Shown: positions 63,387 through 64,000 of the stretch, piece after piece
How positions within the stretch are numbered: the stretch's first letter is position 1
How the letters are laid out: each line of letters starts with the position of its first letter
Assembly (NCBI GenBank): GCA_012840925.1
Contig: DUVS01000015.1
Coordinates: forward strand, 119,142-183,141
Source of the DNA: Bacillota bacterium
Lineage (GTDB): Bacteria > Bacillota > Limnochordia > Darwinibacteriales > DTU012
DNA: 64,000 bases
Direction: 5' to 3'
The notes under the pieces: generated by a model
What the model saw: only the letters and a program-made list of their open reading frames with translations
Databases searched by the model: none
What the model was told of the DNA's origin: nothing
Made by a program: the position numbers and the translations under genes

Positions 63387-64000
63387 ATGAATACAAAAGA
63401 GCAATTATGGGCACCCGTTATTAGAGCTAAAGATACCATACCCCAGATCATGTTCGATGTGGTCTTAGCCCTGTTGCCTTGTTGGCTGGCAGGAATCATC
63501 TTTTTCGGCTTTCCTGCATTCTGGATAGTACTTTTAAGTGCTGTTACCGCAGCCCTGGTCGAGGCTCTGTTCATGCGCTACCCCTGGCGCCCGAAAGGGC
63601 TGATTGGTGACGGAAGCAGTTTGGTAACCGGACTGCTGGTGGGCTTGATCCTGCCGCCGACTGTGCCGTGGTGGATTCCCATCGTTGGGTCAGTGCTGGC
63701 CATCACCATTGGCAAGCTGGTGTTTGGCGGTTTAGGCAATAATATCTTTAATCCAGCTTTGGTGGGGCGGGCGATTCTGCTTTTGGCCTTTACGGCTCCC
63801 ATGGTTAAGTATGTCAGGCCTTTCGATGCTGTTACCGAGGCCACACCGCTGCTAACCATGCGGTCTTTTGACTGGGCTTTGGTATGGGGCAATGTCAGCG
63901 GCAGTATTGGCGAAACATCGGTAGTCGCCATTCTGATCGGCGCAGTCTACTTGCTGTTCCGCAGAGTGATTGATTGGCGGATCCCGGTTGGCTATGTGGC
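63387..64000 (+). CDS. rnfD: Rnf complex subunit D (NqrB-like), 3' partial at the window end
   Basis: ATG at 63387 after GCGGAGGTGAG. Polytopic membrane protein with GGLGNNIFNPALVGRA. Frame is open to the window end. Confidence 0.85.
   Translation, partial: MNTKEQLWAPVIRAKDTIPQIMFDVVLALLPCWLAGIIFFGFPAFWIVLLSAVTAALVEALFMRYPWRPKGLIGDGSSLVTGLLVGLILPPTVPWWIPIVGSVLAITIGKLVFGGLGNNIFNPALVGRAILLLAFTAPMVKYVRPFDAVTEATPLLTMRSFDWALVWGNVSGSIGETSVVAILIGAVYLLFRRVIDWRIPVGYV

Overview
This 64 kb window reads as a core chromosomal segment of a spore-forming Firmicute (Clostridia- or Negativicutes-like, roughly 50% GC). Genes are densely packed and almost all on the + strand. In order, the segment contains:
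- a DUF4097/YvlB-like pair (5' partial), a Cof-type HAD hydrolase, and a structured non-coding leader followed by a secreted beta-barrel/porin-like protein;
- an orphan MsmX-like ABC ATPase, a divergent XRE-TPR regulator, and a MazE/MazF (NdoAI/NdoA-like) toxin-antitoxin pair with a palindromic operator;
- a C26 glutamine amidotransferase, an asparaginase-II family protein, and tsaE-tsaB-rimI-tsaD;
- groES-groEL behind a perfect CIRCE element, then hpt and a GuaA-like GMP synthase whose glutamine amidotransferase domain is internally deleted and lacks its catalytic residues;
- hisZ-hisG-hisD-hisB-hisA-hisIE (no hisC, hisH or hisF), a SleB/CwlJ-like lipoprotein on the - strand, pcrA, argC-argJ-argB-argD-argF, ligA, a membrane protein and a Fur-family regulator;
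- a valine T-box leader, valS, folC, a SPOR-domain protein, a 56-aa 2[4Fe-4S] ferredoxin, and spoIID with a co-transcribed 72-aa protein;
- cysK, maf-radC-mreB-mreC-mreD-mrdA-minC-minD-minE, a small membrane protein and spoIVFB;
- a TIGR03960 radical SAM gene, a TIGR03936/DUF2344 gene, an RNase G/E-family gene, rplU-prp-rpmA-obg, and a lone xylose isomerase;
- nadD, an LCP-family gene, rsfS, a SAM methyltransferase, two - strand spore-type small proteins (one a clear alpha/beta SASP), and rnfC-rnfD (3' partial).
I found no rRNA, tRNA, CRISPR array, transposase or integrase. I could not identify an unambiguous novel multi-gene system. The strongest unusual signals are the GuaA paralog with a gutted amidotransferase domain, the roughly 440-nt hairpin-rich leader before a porin-like gene (hinting at a diderm spore-former), the truncated his operon, and several small uncharacterised proteins co-localised with sporulation genes.
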